A DNA stretch of 63,586 bases, counting the filler, from Globobulimina sp. (Eukaryota), in the NCBI GenBank assembly GCA_003354225.1. It is 29 parts of 29 records of this genome, joined end to end, with 100 filler letters (N's around TTAATTAATTAA, not from the genome) between each part and the next. Parts side by side here need not be neighbours in the genome. Positions count along the whole stretch, not along the records: positions 48,327 to 50,421 come from PIVH01009040.1; positions 50,522 to 52,616 come from PIVH01009041.1; positions 52,717 to 54,810 come from PIVH01009042.1; positions 54,911 to 57,004 come from PIVH01009043.1; positions 57,105 to 59,198 come from PIVH01009044.1; positions 59,299 to 61,392 come from PIVH01009045.1; 23 more parts are not named here. One strand, written 5' to 3'. The position numbers were made by a program, and so were the translations under genes. Positions 49,276 through 61,492 of the stretch are shown one piece after another (position 1 is the first letter of the stretch; each line of letters begins with the position of its first letter). The notes below the pieces were generated by a model. That model did not search any database. It worked only from the letters and a program-made list of their open reading frames with translations, and was not told the origin of the DNA.

Positions 49276-49920
49276 TCACTTGTCTTGTTCAGCATGACTA
49301 TCTTTTTCCTCTTTCAAGAGTTTGTTATTTGTGTTTGAGTTTGAGGTGTCAAGTTTGATCCGTTTCCGTGCTCTCATTGACGGTGGACATAAATCATTAC
49401 CACACTCATAGAAACTTTTTAATAGTTTGATAGCCAATTGTTCGTATTTAGCACCAATTTTTATGGATGGATATGAAAATAAAAAGCATTCTATTGGAAA
49501 CCCCAATGCTCCCTTTTCATGCAATGAATAAACAGATCCATTTCCTCCAAATTTGGTATTTGAACATCCATAAAATACTTTTTGAATATTGATAATTTTC
49601 AACGCAGAGGCACACATAATGCACGGTTCAACTGTTACATACAAATAACAATTTGACAATTCATAGATACAATGTTTTGATGACAAATATTCAATGCATA
49701 TTATTTCACAATGTTTTGTTGCATTTTTAGTAATATTTGTTTGATTATGGGCTGATGCAATCACTATTTTATTATTTTCAACAATCACACATCCCACTGG
49801 CACTTCATTGCAATCCCTGCCAATTTCTGCTTGTTTCAATGCTAATTCCATGTATTTAGGATTAAAATCTTTATTGCCTTCATTAACACTCTCTTGTTCA
49901 GTTTTACATTCCGTCGCCAT
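49276..49920 (-). CDS. ADAT2: tRNA adenosine-34 deaminase subunit
   Basis: EVPVGCVIV, NATKHCE, LYVTVEPCIMCASAL, YGCSNTKFGGNGS. Confidence 0.92.
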   Translation of the reverse strand: MATECKTEQESVNEGNKDFNPKYMELALKQAEIGRDCNEVPVGCVIVENNKIVIASAHNQTNITKNATKHCEIICIEYLSSKHCIYELSNCYLYVTVEPCIMCASALKIINIQKVFYGCSNTKFGGNGSVYSLHEKGALGFPIECFLFSYPSIKIGAKYEQLAIKLLKSFYECGNDLCPPSMRARKRIKLDTSNSNTNNKLLKEEKDSHAEQDK

Positions 49921-49992
49921 GTAAACAACCAAACTAAAAAAAACGATCACTATCATTAACACTCCATCCTTGCGTCACACATAACATCCTCA

Positions 49993-50421
49993 ATGAAAAG
50001 ACATGCAGCCAATGATTTTAGTGGCCCACCATACAAAAAGCAACGCATAGACAATGAGCATGAAAACAACCACGACACAACACCGCAAAAGTTAGACACC
50101 GCAGGATGGGGTATCTCTGACAGTGATTCAGATGATGACGACGACCATAACCATAATAACAATAAACTAACCATAAAAAAAGAAACAAACAACACAAATC
50201 AGAACAATAACAATAACAACAACGGTGCATATTCCAGCATAGCCCAGAAACTAATGAGTAAAATGGGTTACGTTCAGGGCCAAAGTCTCGGCAAAACCGC
50301 CAAAAGTGGTATAACTGAACCCATCGCCGCCTATAACGCGGGCATAGCCTCACGTGGCGGCTTAGGCTTTGAAAGCAAATTAAAACCCACCAAACACGAA
50401 TACGAAGCAGAAAAAATCGAG
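49993..50421 (+). CDS. G-patch protein (N-terminus resembles cap methyltransferase CMTR1), partial
   Basis: YSSIAQKLMSKMGYVQGQSLGKTAKSGITEPI...GGLGF. Confidence 0.75.
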
Positions 50422-51091
50422 NNNNNNNNNNNNNNNNNNNNNNNNNNNNNNNNNNNNNNNNNNNNTTAATTAATTAANNNNNNNNNNNNNNNNNNNNNNN
50501 NNNNNNNNNNNNNNNNNNNNNCCGGTAGTTTATTTACGATCCGAACGATCCGTGGATTCTGGACCGAATATGAATTTATTATACCAATATATTGAACTTA
50601 TGTTAGATGTCACAGCTGATATAAAAACAAAACAATTTGCAATCACAGAAATGGCAGAGGAACAATCATCGCCTCAGCAAATGAATAATAATAAGTCAAA
50701 AAAGAAAAATAAAAGAAACAGATAATGGCCAACACGTAATAAATTGTTCATATTTAAATTTTATTGTTCGTCAATGTCAATGATCTACACAATATAATTT
50801 AATTCAATTCCTTCTTCATTTCCAAATTAAACATTTCATTTCTTTATTATTCCTTCCTTGCATTCATTTCAGGCAGTATCTAATTATAAGTCCGGCTCTA
50901 TAAACTAAATATAAATGCTGTGTCACATGATGCTCATATCATAATATTTACAACATTTGCAATATTGTTCATTGATTACATCATTACAACCAATTTATCA
51001 TAGCCATGAATAAACCGATAATTTAAAGGTGTCGAATATCAAAATTGAAAACTTCATCTAAAGCAAATCCCAAAAAAGCACACAAAAACAG

Positions 51092-51955
51092 ATGAACAAG
51101 GAGAACGACAGTAAACAGCCAGAAATCACGGCAAACGTAAGTAAAATACCGGATAGAATATGGTATTTTGCTCTTGCATTAGATGTAGCTGTTTGGGTAT
51201 CAATGTTGTGGCGAAATTATGATAAAGCGGTTCAATGGAATTGGACAGTAGCTCATTATTATTTATTTTATCCTATTAGTGATTCAATGATATTCTGGTT
51301 AGCACCAAATAAACGTCGCTGGTGGATACCATTCCGTTTATTGGAAGGAATGCAAATCGGTTTATTGAATGGTACATTGGTGGTTGTTGGAGTAGAAGAA
51401 GCATTTGCTGCTATCACTTTGGTGCGATATGTATTAATTGTAATATATATTGGACACAGTATGTGGTTGTTTAAATCGTATGGCCCAACAAGCAAGAATG
51501 CGGAGGCATTATTATCTTATTGGAAAAGGAGAACAGTGAAACCTTGGCCTTTCGTCGGTGTTTGTATGGCTCATATATTTGGTCCCTATCTTATATATTC
51601 AACTCATTCTAATTTTGGTAAGGATGCCATGGACGGAGCAATGATTGCAAACTCTGCTGGTAATGCTGTTACTTTATATGTCAAAATGATTATTTTTGAT
51701 ATTCTAATTGCAGATCATTGGAAACGAGGTATGGCATTTTCAATTATGACTCTCTTGTTTAGCGTGCAATGGATTTTTATATGGGAAGTTTTCTGGAAAG
51801 CGCCTCTTTGTTTGATGCATGTAGGCAGTGAACTTACTTTCCTCAGTACTGCCATATTATATTTTATTGTATATTACAAAACAAAGAAAAATGATAATAT
51901 TAATGTTATAAATTCAACAGAAATTGAAAATGAAATCCAACATTTCATTAAATGA
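51092..51955 (+). CDS. Hypothetical multipass membrane protein
   Basis: 287-aa ORF with about 6-7 hydrophobic segments. Confidence 0.65.
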   Translation: MNKENDSKQPEITANVSKIPDRIWYFALALDVAVWVSMLWRNYDKAVQWNWTVAHYYLFYPISDSMIFWLAPNKRRWWIPFRLLEGMQIGLLNGTLVVVGVEEAFAAITLVRYVLIVIYIGHSMWLFKSYGPTSKNAEALLSYWKRRTVKPWPFVGVCMAHIFGPYLIYSTHSNFGKDAMDGAMIANSAGNAVTLYVKMIIFDILIADHWKRGMAFSIMTLLFSVQWIFIWEVFWKAPLCLMHVGSELTFLSTAILYFIVYYKTKKNDNINVINSTEIENEIQHFIK

Positions 51956-52380
51956 CCGGTACCAATTATTAAAATAAGTCAACATTTCAGTGAGTTTTAT
52001 TTGTATTTTTTTTTATTTTATTATGTTTGTTAGAAACGATTCTTAGGTTTTGTAATGCGATATTATTTTGTAATGCATTTTTTTGCTACTTTTGGCAAGT
52101 TTATATATTTATTTATGGATTACACGTTTTGTGTTTTTGTTTGGTGTTTCATTACGAACATAATTTGGTTTCGGTAGATAATAATTATGTGTGCTTTTAA
52201 TCAACACCAGAAACGGTAAAAATACCTTTCCCCAATAAAAATACGACGCTGAAAGATTATCATAGATATTTTTTAATTGTTTCTTTTAAATTACCATGAT
52301 CTTTTAATTGTATTTTCAACATTGTATATGTACACAATTGTTGGATTCCAGAATATTAAGTAATACCAATACAACAATGA

Positions 52381-52445
52381 GGTTCAGTAGCTCAACTCGT
52401 TAGAGCGTGTGTCTTGTGGCTTTGGCTACACCTTCTAAACACTGA
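52381..52445 (+). pseudogene. tRNA-like 5' half (degenerate tRNA or SINE head)
   Basis: GGTTCAG-TA-GCTC-AACTCGTTA-GAGC D-arm/A-box; no T-arm or B-box seen. Confidence 0.4.
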
Positions 52446-52715
52446 TGGGCTGGAGAAAGGTAGTTCTGTGGCATTTTTCGGTGAATTGAAAATAATTATT
52501 TAAAATTAGTACTTCGATAATATTTATTTATTTATTACGATTATGATAGAATATTAATGGATAATGCATGGATGATTGTGACATAATTATGACAGAAAAT
52601 AAGGGATAATTACAAANNNNNNNNNNNNNNNNNNNNNNNNNNNNNNNNNNNNNNNNNNNNTTAATTAATTAANNNNNNNNNNNNNNNNNNNNNNNNNNNN
52701 NNNNNNNNNNNNNNN

Positions 52716-53247
52716 NTATTCGGCTGAATGGGAGTCAGGTTGATCGCAGTTAGTTTATGATGGTATTGGAGCAGATGCGACAGGTTTTTGTGGCAATAAA
52801 TATGTAGCGACAATTGCGGCTGATTCCGCAAAATATACATCAAATATTTATTTATTTTCTGCAGCACAATGGCCCTCTCATCCGTATCAAGCGAGTGCGG
52901 AATGGAATTCGTTGTATGCATTTCATTCGATTGACTTTCAAGCTGCTACTTTTTCATGGGAGTCATTTGAATATTGGGGGTGTTTGCCTTTTGAACCAGA
53001 ATTTAGCGATATTGGGTTTGGTCAGTTATTGCGGAATCATTGGAAGAATTTTATATTACATGATAAGCCTTTGGATAATTGGAAGGCGTATAATGAAGAC
53101 ACTTCGTATTCGGTTGCTTTGTTGGGGAATGGAGTGAATAAATACACAGAATATAATTTAACAAATTCAACTGCTGATTATAAAACAGATGTATGTAAAT
53201 ATTATTTGGATAATGGTATTGGGCCGGCATTTTGGTGGAGTAATTGA
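52716..53247 (+). CDS. Carboxylesterase type-B C-terminal fragment (one in-frame TGA at 52740)
   Basis: LVYDGIGADATGFCG, IYLF, YAFHSID (catalytic His context), W..F..WKAY. Confidence 0.55.
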
Positions 53248-53502
53248 AGTAATTACTTTCCTTTTTTGATGCATAACATATTTATAATATTAGACTTTTT
53301 TTATGTCCAACTAACGGTTTTTTGAAGTGAGAAATGACAATACAATCATCAACAATCACAATGAAAAAAATAGAATTGGCAATGCATTATGCATGCCCTT
53401 AAGATACACTTTTGATGATTAACCCTATTCATTGCAGACATTAACCCATTGCAAACAGTCAAACGCAGACACATACAGCACCTGTGAACACTTTTCGATC
53501 AC

Positions 53503-53590
53503 CACTGCAGACACAACTATTGAGCTAATTTTTTGTGGTGAACGATTAACTCCAAAAGTTGAAAATTAGCTCAGGGTTGTGTCTGCAGTG
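53503..53590. mobile_element. 88-nt MITE-like element with ~30-bp TIRs
   Basis: CACTGCAGACACAACTATTGAGCTAATTTT pairs with AAAATTAGCTCAGGGTTGTGTCTGCAGTG. Confidence 0.75.
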
Positions 53591-53764
53591 ATATTAGCTC
53601 AGTAGTTAATTGTGGTGTCGGATGTTTCATGGTCGAATTTTTTCACACAGAGAAAAACAACACACCCTACGGAAAAATTTGACATAAGTATTCACGACAT
53701 CAATTGATATATAGTTGAACAACAAGCCAGTATTTATGGGAAAAACAATTAATATTCAATGATC

Positions 53765-54810
53765 TTATTGTTGTTGATTTATAGGTTGCAAAAAAGTGAT
53801 ACTTCTATCATTATTATAAGTGTTATTTGATGTCAATACACCATTTGTCAAAGCGAGCGGAGTAAAACCATCTTTATCAAATATTAAATGTGGTCTTTCT
53901 CGCGAATGCAATATATAATGAGATCCATCCTCAATAAATGTAATATTTGTATCATATGCATAACCAAAATAAGTCCAATTATATCCATCGTAGGATGCAG
54001 CGTGTGCCCCTGCAAAATATTGATCATGCCCAGGATCAGGTATCTCGTTATGAAATAATAAATGATAATAACCATTCGCATCATTATAGATGAAGGGATC
54101 TTCATTCCCTCGAAATGCCCATTGCGGGAATATCGAATCATTAAAGTGTTCAATATATGTCGACGTATCATCCCATTGTGTCGCAGTCACAAAATATAAC
54201 ACATTCGTGCCTTTCGCCGTATGTCTCCTTGAATATCCTAAAACTGTCCCATTTTTAAATATTTTACAAACAAAATTTGTATCAGAATTACTTGGCCCTC
54301 TCTCTGAACTCGGCCATAAATATGCAATATCACTCCAGTTACCGCTATTTATATCCTTTGTATATCGCATCACCGTCGTATGTCTGGTCAGATTCGATGG
54401 TTTTGAATAGCTGCACGCATTTGGCGTATCCTCGCAACATGAAATCGGTGTGGTGCCATTTGAAATATCACCATTGAGTTGTGTGCAATTACACAAGTTG
54501 GGCCAATACGGCAAGTTATTTGCGTATGATAAGTAAACAACATATTCTCCGTTTGGTCCTCTAGTGGCAAATGGTTCGTGACTCCATTCATCGGTGAGTT
54601 CCTGGTATGGGACATATGGTCCTTTGAATCCTGTGCTAGAAATTGCGTGATGTACATGCGAATTCATAGTATCTGCGATATGGCCACATGAGTTTGGAAA
54701 ATAGCTCAAAAACATATGATATTTATTGTCATCTTTGTCATCAATTAATACTGAACCGCCCCACGAGGAGGTACCAGCGGGTGCAAAGCCCCAATAATCG
54801 TCTCCATTCA
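53765..54810 (-). CDS. GH43-like five-bladed beta-propeller glycoside hydrolase, 5' partial
   Basis: SWGGSVL..YHMF, HHAISST..GPY, NEDPFIY, RERPHLIF. Confidence 0.75.
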
Positions 54811-54910
54811 NNNNNNNNNNNNNNNNNNNNNNNNNNNNNNNNNNNNNNNNNNNNTTAATTAATTAANNNNNNNNNNNNNNNNNNNNNNNNNNNNNNNNNN
54901 NNNNNNNNNN

Positions 54911-56734
54911 AACACAAATTCCAACTTCGTACCCCACAGATTTCCCAACAACAAATGCGCAAAATAACTATTCGAATAACTTAAATAACTTAAAAAACAA
55001 AATAAATTCAATATGAAAGCATTTAAAAAATATTTAAAAACAAAACAAAATGGCAATTTAGAGATCCATTTTATCGAAAATGGCTTTCCTTTATGGAAAT
55101 CATTCCATAATAAAGGTTGGGAGCCATCTGACCTTTCGACGGAGGTTCACAACTTAGTCTTTTCTGAAAACGATGTAGTTGCATATATTGACAAATTAAC
55201 TGAAGAATGCGAGAATGGTCAGATAGAGCCAATTAATTATAATCCAAAATATGTATTAATGATCTTCGGTACACCTAAAAAAGACAAATTTGGGTTATAC
55301 ACAAAAACCAGAGTCATAAGAAATGGCTCCTTTAAAAGTAAAGGGAAAGCCTCCATAAATGAATATATTCGAAAAGAAAAATGTGGAATGAGAGACCTTC
55401 CAAACATTAAAATATACACAAAATTACTCATAAACAATACGTACATTTCCCTGAGAGATTTATCTGATTTTTTCAGACAAATTAAATTACCTGAAAGTGA
55501 TGCTGATTTTGTTGGATATTCTGTATTTGGCCTCCGATTTAGGGATCGGAGCCAACCATACGGTGTCTCTTCAGCCCCCGGCAACTCCCAATATTTCTCA
55601 ACAATCTTAGTCTGGATACTTAATAATTGCATTTTGAATAAAAATCAGCAGCATTTAATAAATAATATCTTGGTCCATATCGATGATTTTGTAATTGCAG
55701 CAAAATCCAAATCAGACTGTTTATTATTAACAAAATTATTTGATGACTTATTGGATGAGTTAAAAGTCAAAGTATCAAAACAAAAATCAATAAATTGCGT
55801 AACAAAAGCAACATTACATGGAATTTACTGGAATTTAGAGAGAAAAACATTAGCCATACCTCAAAAAGCTCTGAATGAATTAAAATATTTTATTACATTG
55901 GTTATCAAATACCGTATAGCCACAGGTCGAGCGCTTGAGTCTTTAACAGGAAAAATTATGCATTGGAGCCAATTAAATCGTGCCACGAAAGCATTGGCAT
56001 ATCGATCTTTGGCATATATTCATAAAAATGTCCGTAATGGGCGTCTAAATAAGATGTGGTGGATAATTTTGCCTTTGTCAGTCATCAATGACTTACGTTT
56101 CTGGCTGAAATATATTGATAATATCAGAACTGTTTCAATGTACACAATTTTAAATAATCCGTCAATCAATGTATATGCGGCTACGGATGCATGTGATTTT
56201 GGAGCCGGCTATGTCGTCGACTCAGTATTCGCGAAATACAAATTTAATAAAAATGATATTGATCTATCCATAAATCAAAAAGAAGCCCATTGCGTACTAA
56301 CTTTAATCGAGACACATAAACATTTATTAACCGGTAAATCCGTGCAATTATATATTGATAATTCAACGTGTTATTATACAATGGTACGTAAATGGGCTCC
56401 TTCGTATAATTTAATGATATTTGTCTTCGAATTATGTCTATTAATGATAAAATATAAAATATTTATAAGATTTGAGTGGATACCGTCATCATTTAATTAT
56501 TTAGCTGACAGATTGTCACGTTTTAAGATGACTGAATTTGACGAATTATGTACAACATTTAATCTTAAATTAAATGAAATTAATCCTGAATACTTTGGAC
56601 GTTATCAATTTCTTAAAAATAAAGCAATGCATTATGAGAATGATATGATTGAATATAGAAATTTTATAAATTGGCTCAAAAAGCCGGTAAATATTCGTGC
56701 AAAATCCCCATATAAATATTACATGAATGTATAA
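54911..56734 (+). mobile_element. DIRS/Ngaro-type retrotransposon RT plus RNase H
   Basis: RT motifs DLSDFFRQI, QPYGVSSAP, HIDD; RNase H TDAC..GAG, INQKE, YIDNS, EWIPSSFNYLADRLSR. Confidence 0.88.
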
Positions 56735-57799
56735 CGCATACAATTTAATCAGTGATTCAAATCAGTTTAATCGCATAAATACTCATAAATTCATCAAAAA
56801 TTGATGACATTACGCTGTGTCCAATTAATTAATCACAAAAACTATCAATTTAAATGCATTTATTTAGGCTTAAATTGATCACTTAAAATCTGAAAATTGT
56901 CATATTTACATAAATTGAGATCTTTTAAATGCATTTTTATCATTATTAAATTGTCCCATTCACTTTATTTTGAGTATTATGTTCTTAATTAGTCGCTTTT
57001 TATGNNNNNNNNNNNNNNNNNNNNNNNNNNNNNNNNNNNNNNNNNNNNTTAATTAATTAANNNNNNNNNNNNNNNNNNNNNNNNNNNNNNNNNNNNNNNN
57101 NNNNAATGATGGAAATGATTCACATTTTGGTGATGGAAATGGTGAGCAAATGTATATGAAAATGGTGATTTTTCATCACACAACATCATAGAACATGATT
57201 ATTTGCTTTATTTTGTGTTTTGAACTCATTTCAATCGAAACTTAATATCCAAACTTAATATCAAGCATTGTCAATATAATTAATCATATGGATTTCGCTG
57301 TATATCACCATCATTAGTTGTTGGGGCAAAGCTTTTTTTGTTTTTGAAATCAGCAGCCTTTAAAACCATCAAAAACATAAAACTAGCATTTTTTATGGTT
57401 TACAACATGAAACAAGTCTTTTTTTTTAATTATACTGCAGAATATATCATAAATATATAATAAACCTATGCCGCTCGACCCATTGGTTGCCATGTAATGT
57501 CCGAAATGTGACTTTCCACGTTATACTGCTTATTCTTTTCGCATTGGGGTGCCACATTGTCCAATATGCAGCTCATTCCTCAACCTAAATTGCTTAAATT
57601 TGTTGGTTGGAAACCCTCCAATTTGCCACATGTATCCATGCCATATATGCGTTATCGCGAAGATGATTTCCGAGTCTTTGTCTTTGAATTACTCCATGGT
57701 TCCAATGAACATCTAAATTCTCCTTCATTAACTACCTTCCATATCACCACCGAAATCCTTGATCCATGGGCATCAGACTTTGTTTATCCATGGGCATCA

Positions 57800-58010
57800 G
57801 ACGTATTAAGGCGGTGAAAATGAGAGAAGAAATGCCGTCATATATTAAGGCAGCGATAATGAGAGAAGGAATGCCGTCATATATTAAGGCGGCGATATTG
57901 AGAAAGAATCCGTCATATAATAAGGCGGTGAGATTAAGAAGGAATACCGTCACGTATTAAGGCGGCGAGAACAAGAGAAGGAATGGCGTCATATATTCAG
58001 GCGGCGAGGA
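57800..58010. repeat. Tandem array of ~6 x 36-39-nt units, with an inverted copy at 58351-58403
   Basis: Unit GCCGTCATATATTAAGGCGGCGATAATGAGAGAAGGAAT; reverse complement recurs about 340 nt downstream. Confidence 0.88.
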
Positions 58011-59027
58011 TCTAGCGTATGAATTGTCGCTTAGCTCAAGAAGAGCACTGGAATGGATGGACATGTCCAGAAGATTCAGGTGCAAATCCTGAGGCGATCC
58101 CAAATACCCAAACCAAACAAAAACGAATTAATTATTTGATTGTGAATTAAAAATGGAAAATGGATGAAAAAGGATTGAATTGGATGGATTGAGAGGAGAA
58201 ATAAAGAAAAAAATAGATTTGGATGAATTGGATGAAAATGAAATGTTTGATGGTTTTGATGATGGCGTATTGTATAGCCATCATCACCATCACAAACCAC
58301 ACAAAATGACAAACATTTTAATTTTTGTTTTTTGTGCGTTTTGTTTTGTTTTTCTTTCTCATTATCGCCGCCTTAATATATGACGGCATTTCTTCTCTCA
58401 TTTGTGTTCAAAAAATTAGTTCTGGGATTTCGCCCATTTATGTGCTCAAATAATTAGTTCTGGGGATTTCGCCCGTTTGCGTTTCATTCCATTCCACCAC
58501 ATTCCTCTCACCGTAGGGACATTGGACTGTAAAGAAGACATTAAATGTAACGGTCTCGAAAAATACTTAGTTGGACATTATTATTTACGAGAAAAGAAAG
58601 GTTGTTGTTTACGAGAAAAAGAGAGTGGTTAAAGTCGAAGATTGTTTTTGATGTAGAAACGAAAAACTTGTTTGCTGAAGTCATGGGTTTGTTCATTTTT
58701 TGTTTACTAATTGTATACATTAGGGCGCTCCGATAAGTACTGATTTTTTGAAAAACTTATCAAACAGCTCTGAAAAACGCAATCAGTTCGATAAGTATTT
58801 TCATTTTTTTTATGTTACAGAATCTTTACAGCAGACACAAGAATGAGATATTACAAAAAACAAATAAACATTTACAAATATATCCTTTCACATGTTTTGT
58901 TTTTGTATTTTTCTTTTTCTTTTGACTGTGATATTGATGCTGTTGCTGATGATGAAGTTTTTGTATTTATAGAGTATTTGCCAATAAATTCCGTGACTCA
59001 ATTTTATTCTATTGAAACCCAATCCAT

Positions 59028-59198
59028 TTATTTATTATGGTATGCCAGCAGCCATTGGAACCGCTGCTATTTATTATGGTACGTACAGCAGCCATTGGTA
59101 CCGCTGCTATTTATTATGGTATGCCAGCAGCCATTGGAACCGCTGCTATTTATTATGGTACGTACAGCAGCCATTGGAACCGCTGCTATTTATTATGG
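59028..59198. repeat. Minisatellite of alternating 39/40-nt units running off the contig end
   Basis: TATTTATTATGGTA(TGC/CGTA)CAGCAGCCATTGG(A/T)ACCGCTGC, 4+ copies. Confidence 0.92.
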
Positions 59199-59298
59199 NN
59201 NNNNNNNNNNNNNNNNNNNNNNNNNNNNNNNNNNNNNNNNNNTTAATTAATTAANNNNNNNNNNNNNNNNNNNNNNNNNNNNNNNNNNNNNNNNNNNN

Positions 59299-60588
59299 GT
59301 ATAGTATCATGATCATAATTAACATCTGCATATTTATGTCTTTTGTATAAGCCAATTTTCTGACATAAATCCCTGGGCAATGCCCAAATCGGATCAATTT
59401 CTTTTAAATTGTAGGCCTTTGTACATCCCAACAACGATAATCCACCAATACCAAAATACGTATGATAAATATCACACATATCGCCAGGCCGGTCACTTAT
59501 TCCGCCGTCCTCAATGTCTTGTGCATTTAATATAAATTGTATCAAATATTTCTTATTGATCCATGATATTTTATTACAAATCTTCATTGCGGATAAGCAC
59601 CACCACGAATAACACACATCCGGTAACTTCATCGGCCGCCCATTCAAACCACCATTGTTCAGTGCATTATATTTACTCTCATCTATGTATCAAATGTGTG
59701 TATGTCACACATATGCATTTTTCACGTATCCATACCTAAATTATGCAACTTTAGGACTTGCCGTTCACACAGCCACCAATTCAATACCTCCACATCAATG
59801 ACCTCAAACGCATCCAAAATAGCCAAAGATGCCACACAACAAAAAATCATTCCACTATGGCTCTCGGCAGACGGTTTGGTGCCATATCCACCATCAAAGT
59901 TCCTGCATTTGGTTAAATATTGCTTGCATTTGACGGTATCAATGCAATGTAAACCATTCAATAATGATAAAGCATTAAGAGCAGCGTAGGTAAATCGCGT
60001 ATCAATTTCACCCCATTTATCGCCTACAAATGAGCCATCAAACTTGTTTTGTAAACTCGAAATGTATTTAATTATTGCTTCTCTTTTCTCCTTTAAAACA
60101 TGCATTGCATCCAATAAATATAATATTTGTATGGCGGATAAGGTATTTAGTAAATGCGGGTCGTGGTTGATGTTGCCACCAAAAGCACCGTCTGTTTCTA
60201 TCCAACATTGTTGAATGAATGTCAATATGTCTTGTTTTACAGTGGTATTTGTGATATGATGTAAGGATTTGCACAAATCTAAGGCACATAAGGCCCAGTA
60301 CAATACTTGCATTCGTAGATGTTCTGTCTGGCAGTATTCGTATGATTCTTCAGTGCCTTGTAAATGTAGTATGAATTCTATGTGCTTTCGACGATAAAAT
60401 GTTGTCACGTTTACTAAGTTATTGTCTTTGATGATTTGATTTTGTGGGCAGTCTTTTGATTCATCAGTGTCTATGAATGATGTTTTTATTTCATCAAACT
60501 CTGTGGAATTGTTGTCTTGGGCATTTAAATCAAAATTGATAGCAAAGTTTATTGTTTGGTCGATGATGTTCAGCAGCTTTGATGACAT
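59299..60588 (-). CDS. RABGGTB: Rab geranylgeranyltransferase beta subunit; intron 59683-59735
   Basis: TEHLRM, GGNINHDPHLL, GDKWGEIDTRF, WWLCERQ, GLNGRPMKLPDVCYSWW. Confidence 0.95.
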
Positions 60589-60831
60589 TATGGTTTACTC
60601 TGAAGAGTTGTTGAAAACAGTAATTTCTCATCACAGCTACTCAAAACTCTTTCTCCCATATAAATGCGGTGGGGAATTACAGTGAGTATTTCTCACAATA
60701 AGGCTTTTTGGAAACCATTATTGTGTGATATCAGTGGGTAAAGTTTTTCACTTGAAAAAACCGTTTATGATTTTTGCCAACAACAAGTTGCAATCAAAGC
60801 TTGTTATTAATCAAATCCAGTCAATTGTAAT

Positions 60832-61392
60832 ATGGCAGCCGCCAAAAAATTCAAAGCCAAACAATTACGTGAATTACGTAAAAAATCAAAGAAAGATTTA
60901 TTAAAACAATGTGATGATTTAAAAAAAGAGTTACATCAATTAAGAGTAGCACAAGTGTCCGGTGGCGCTCCCGCCAAAGTGGCAAATATTCGTACAACAC
61001 GCAAAAATATTGCACGTATTTATACCATCATCTCACAAATCACAAAACAAAAAGTAAGGGAGGAAATTACGCGAAGAGGAGGCATGTTACCATTGGATTT
61101 AAGGCCGAAATTAACCAAAAGAGAAAGGATGAGATTGCCGAATGAATTAAGATTTAAAAAAACAGGCAAACAAAAATTATTAATAAAAAAATTCCCACGA
61201 CGCAAATTCGCAGTGATCGATAAACGCCTTCGTTTGTCCAGAAATGTAAGAATGGCAAATACAAAATCTGTGTTAGGGCAGAAAAAAGCATCCGGTCAAT
61301 ATCGATATCATATTAACAAAAGAAGCCTGGCTGTTTTGCGCATGGACGGCAGCGTGTCACGTCCGCAGTTTGAGCCAGAGGATTTTAAGGAT
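60832..61392 (+). CDS. RPL35: 60S ribosomal protein L35 (uL29) with C-terminal extension, 3' partial
   Basis: ELRKKSKKDLLKQ..LKKELHQLRVAQVSGG..RKNIARIYT..PLDLRPK..FPRRKFAV. Confidence 0.92.
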
Positions 61393-61492
61393 NNNNNNNN
61401 NNNNNNNNNNNNNNNNNNNNNNNNNNNNNNNNNNNNTTAATTAATTAANNNNNNNNNNNNNNNNNNNNNNNNNNNNNNNNNNNNNNNNNNNN

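Noticed and set aside
57800..59198. CRISPR arrays
   Set aside because: Units are contiguous tandem copies with no unique spacers; no cas genes; eukaryotic context
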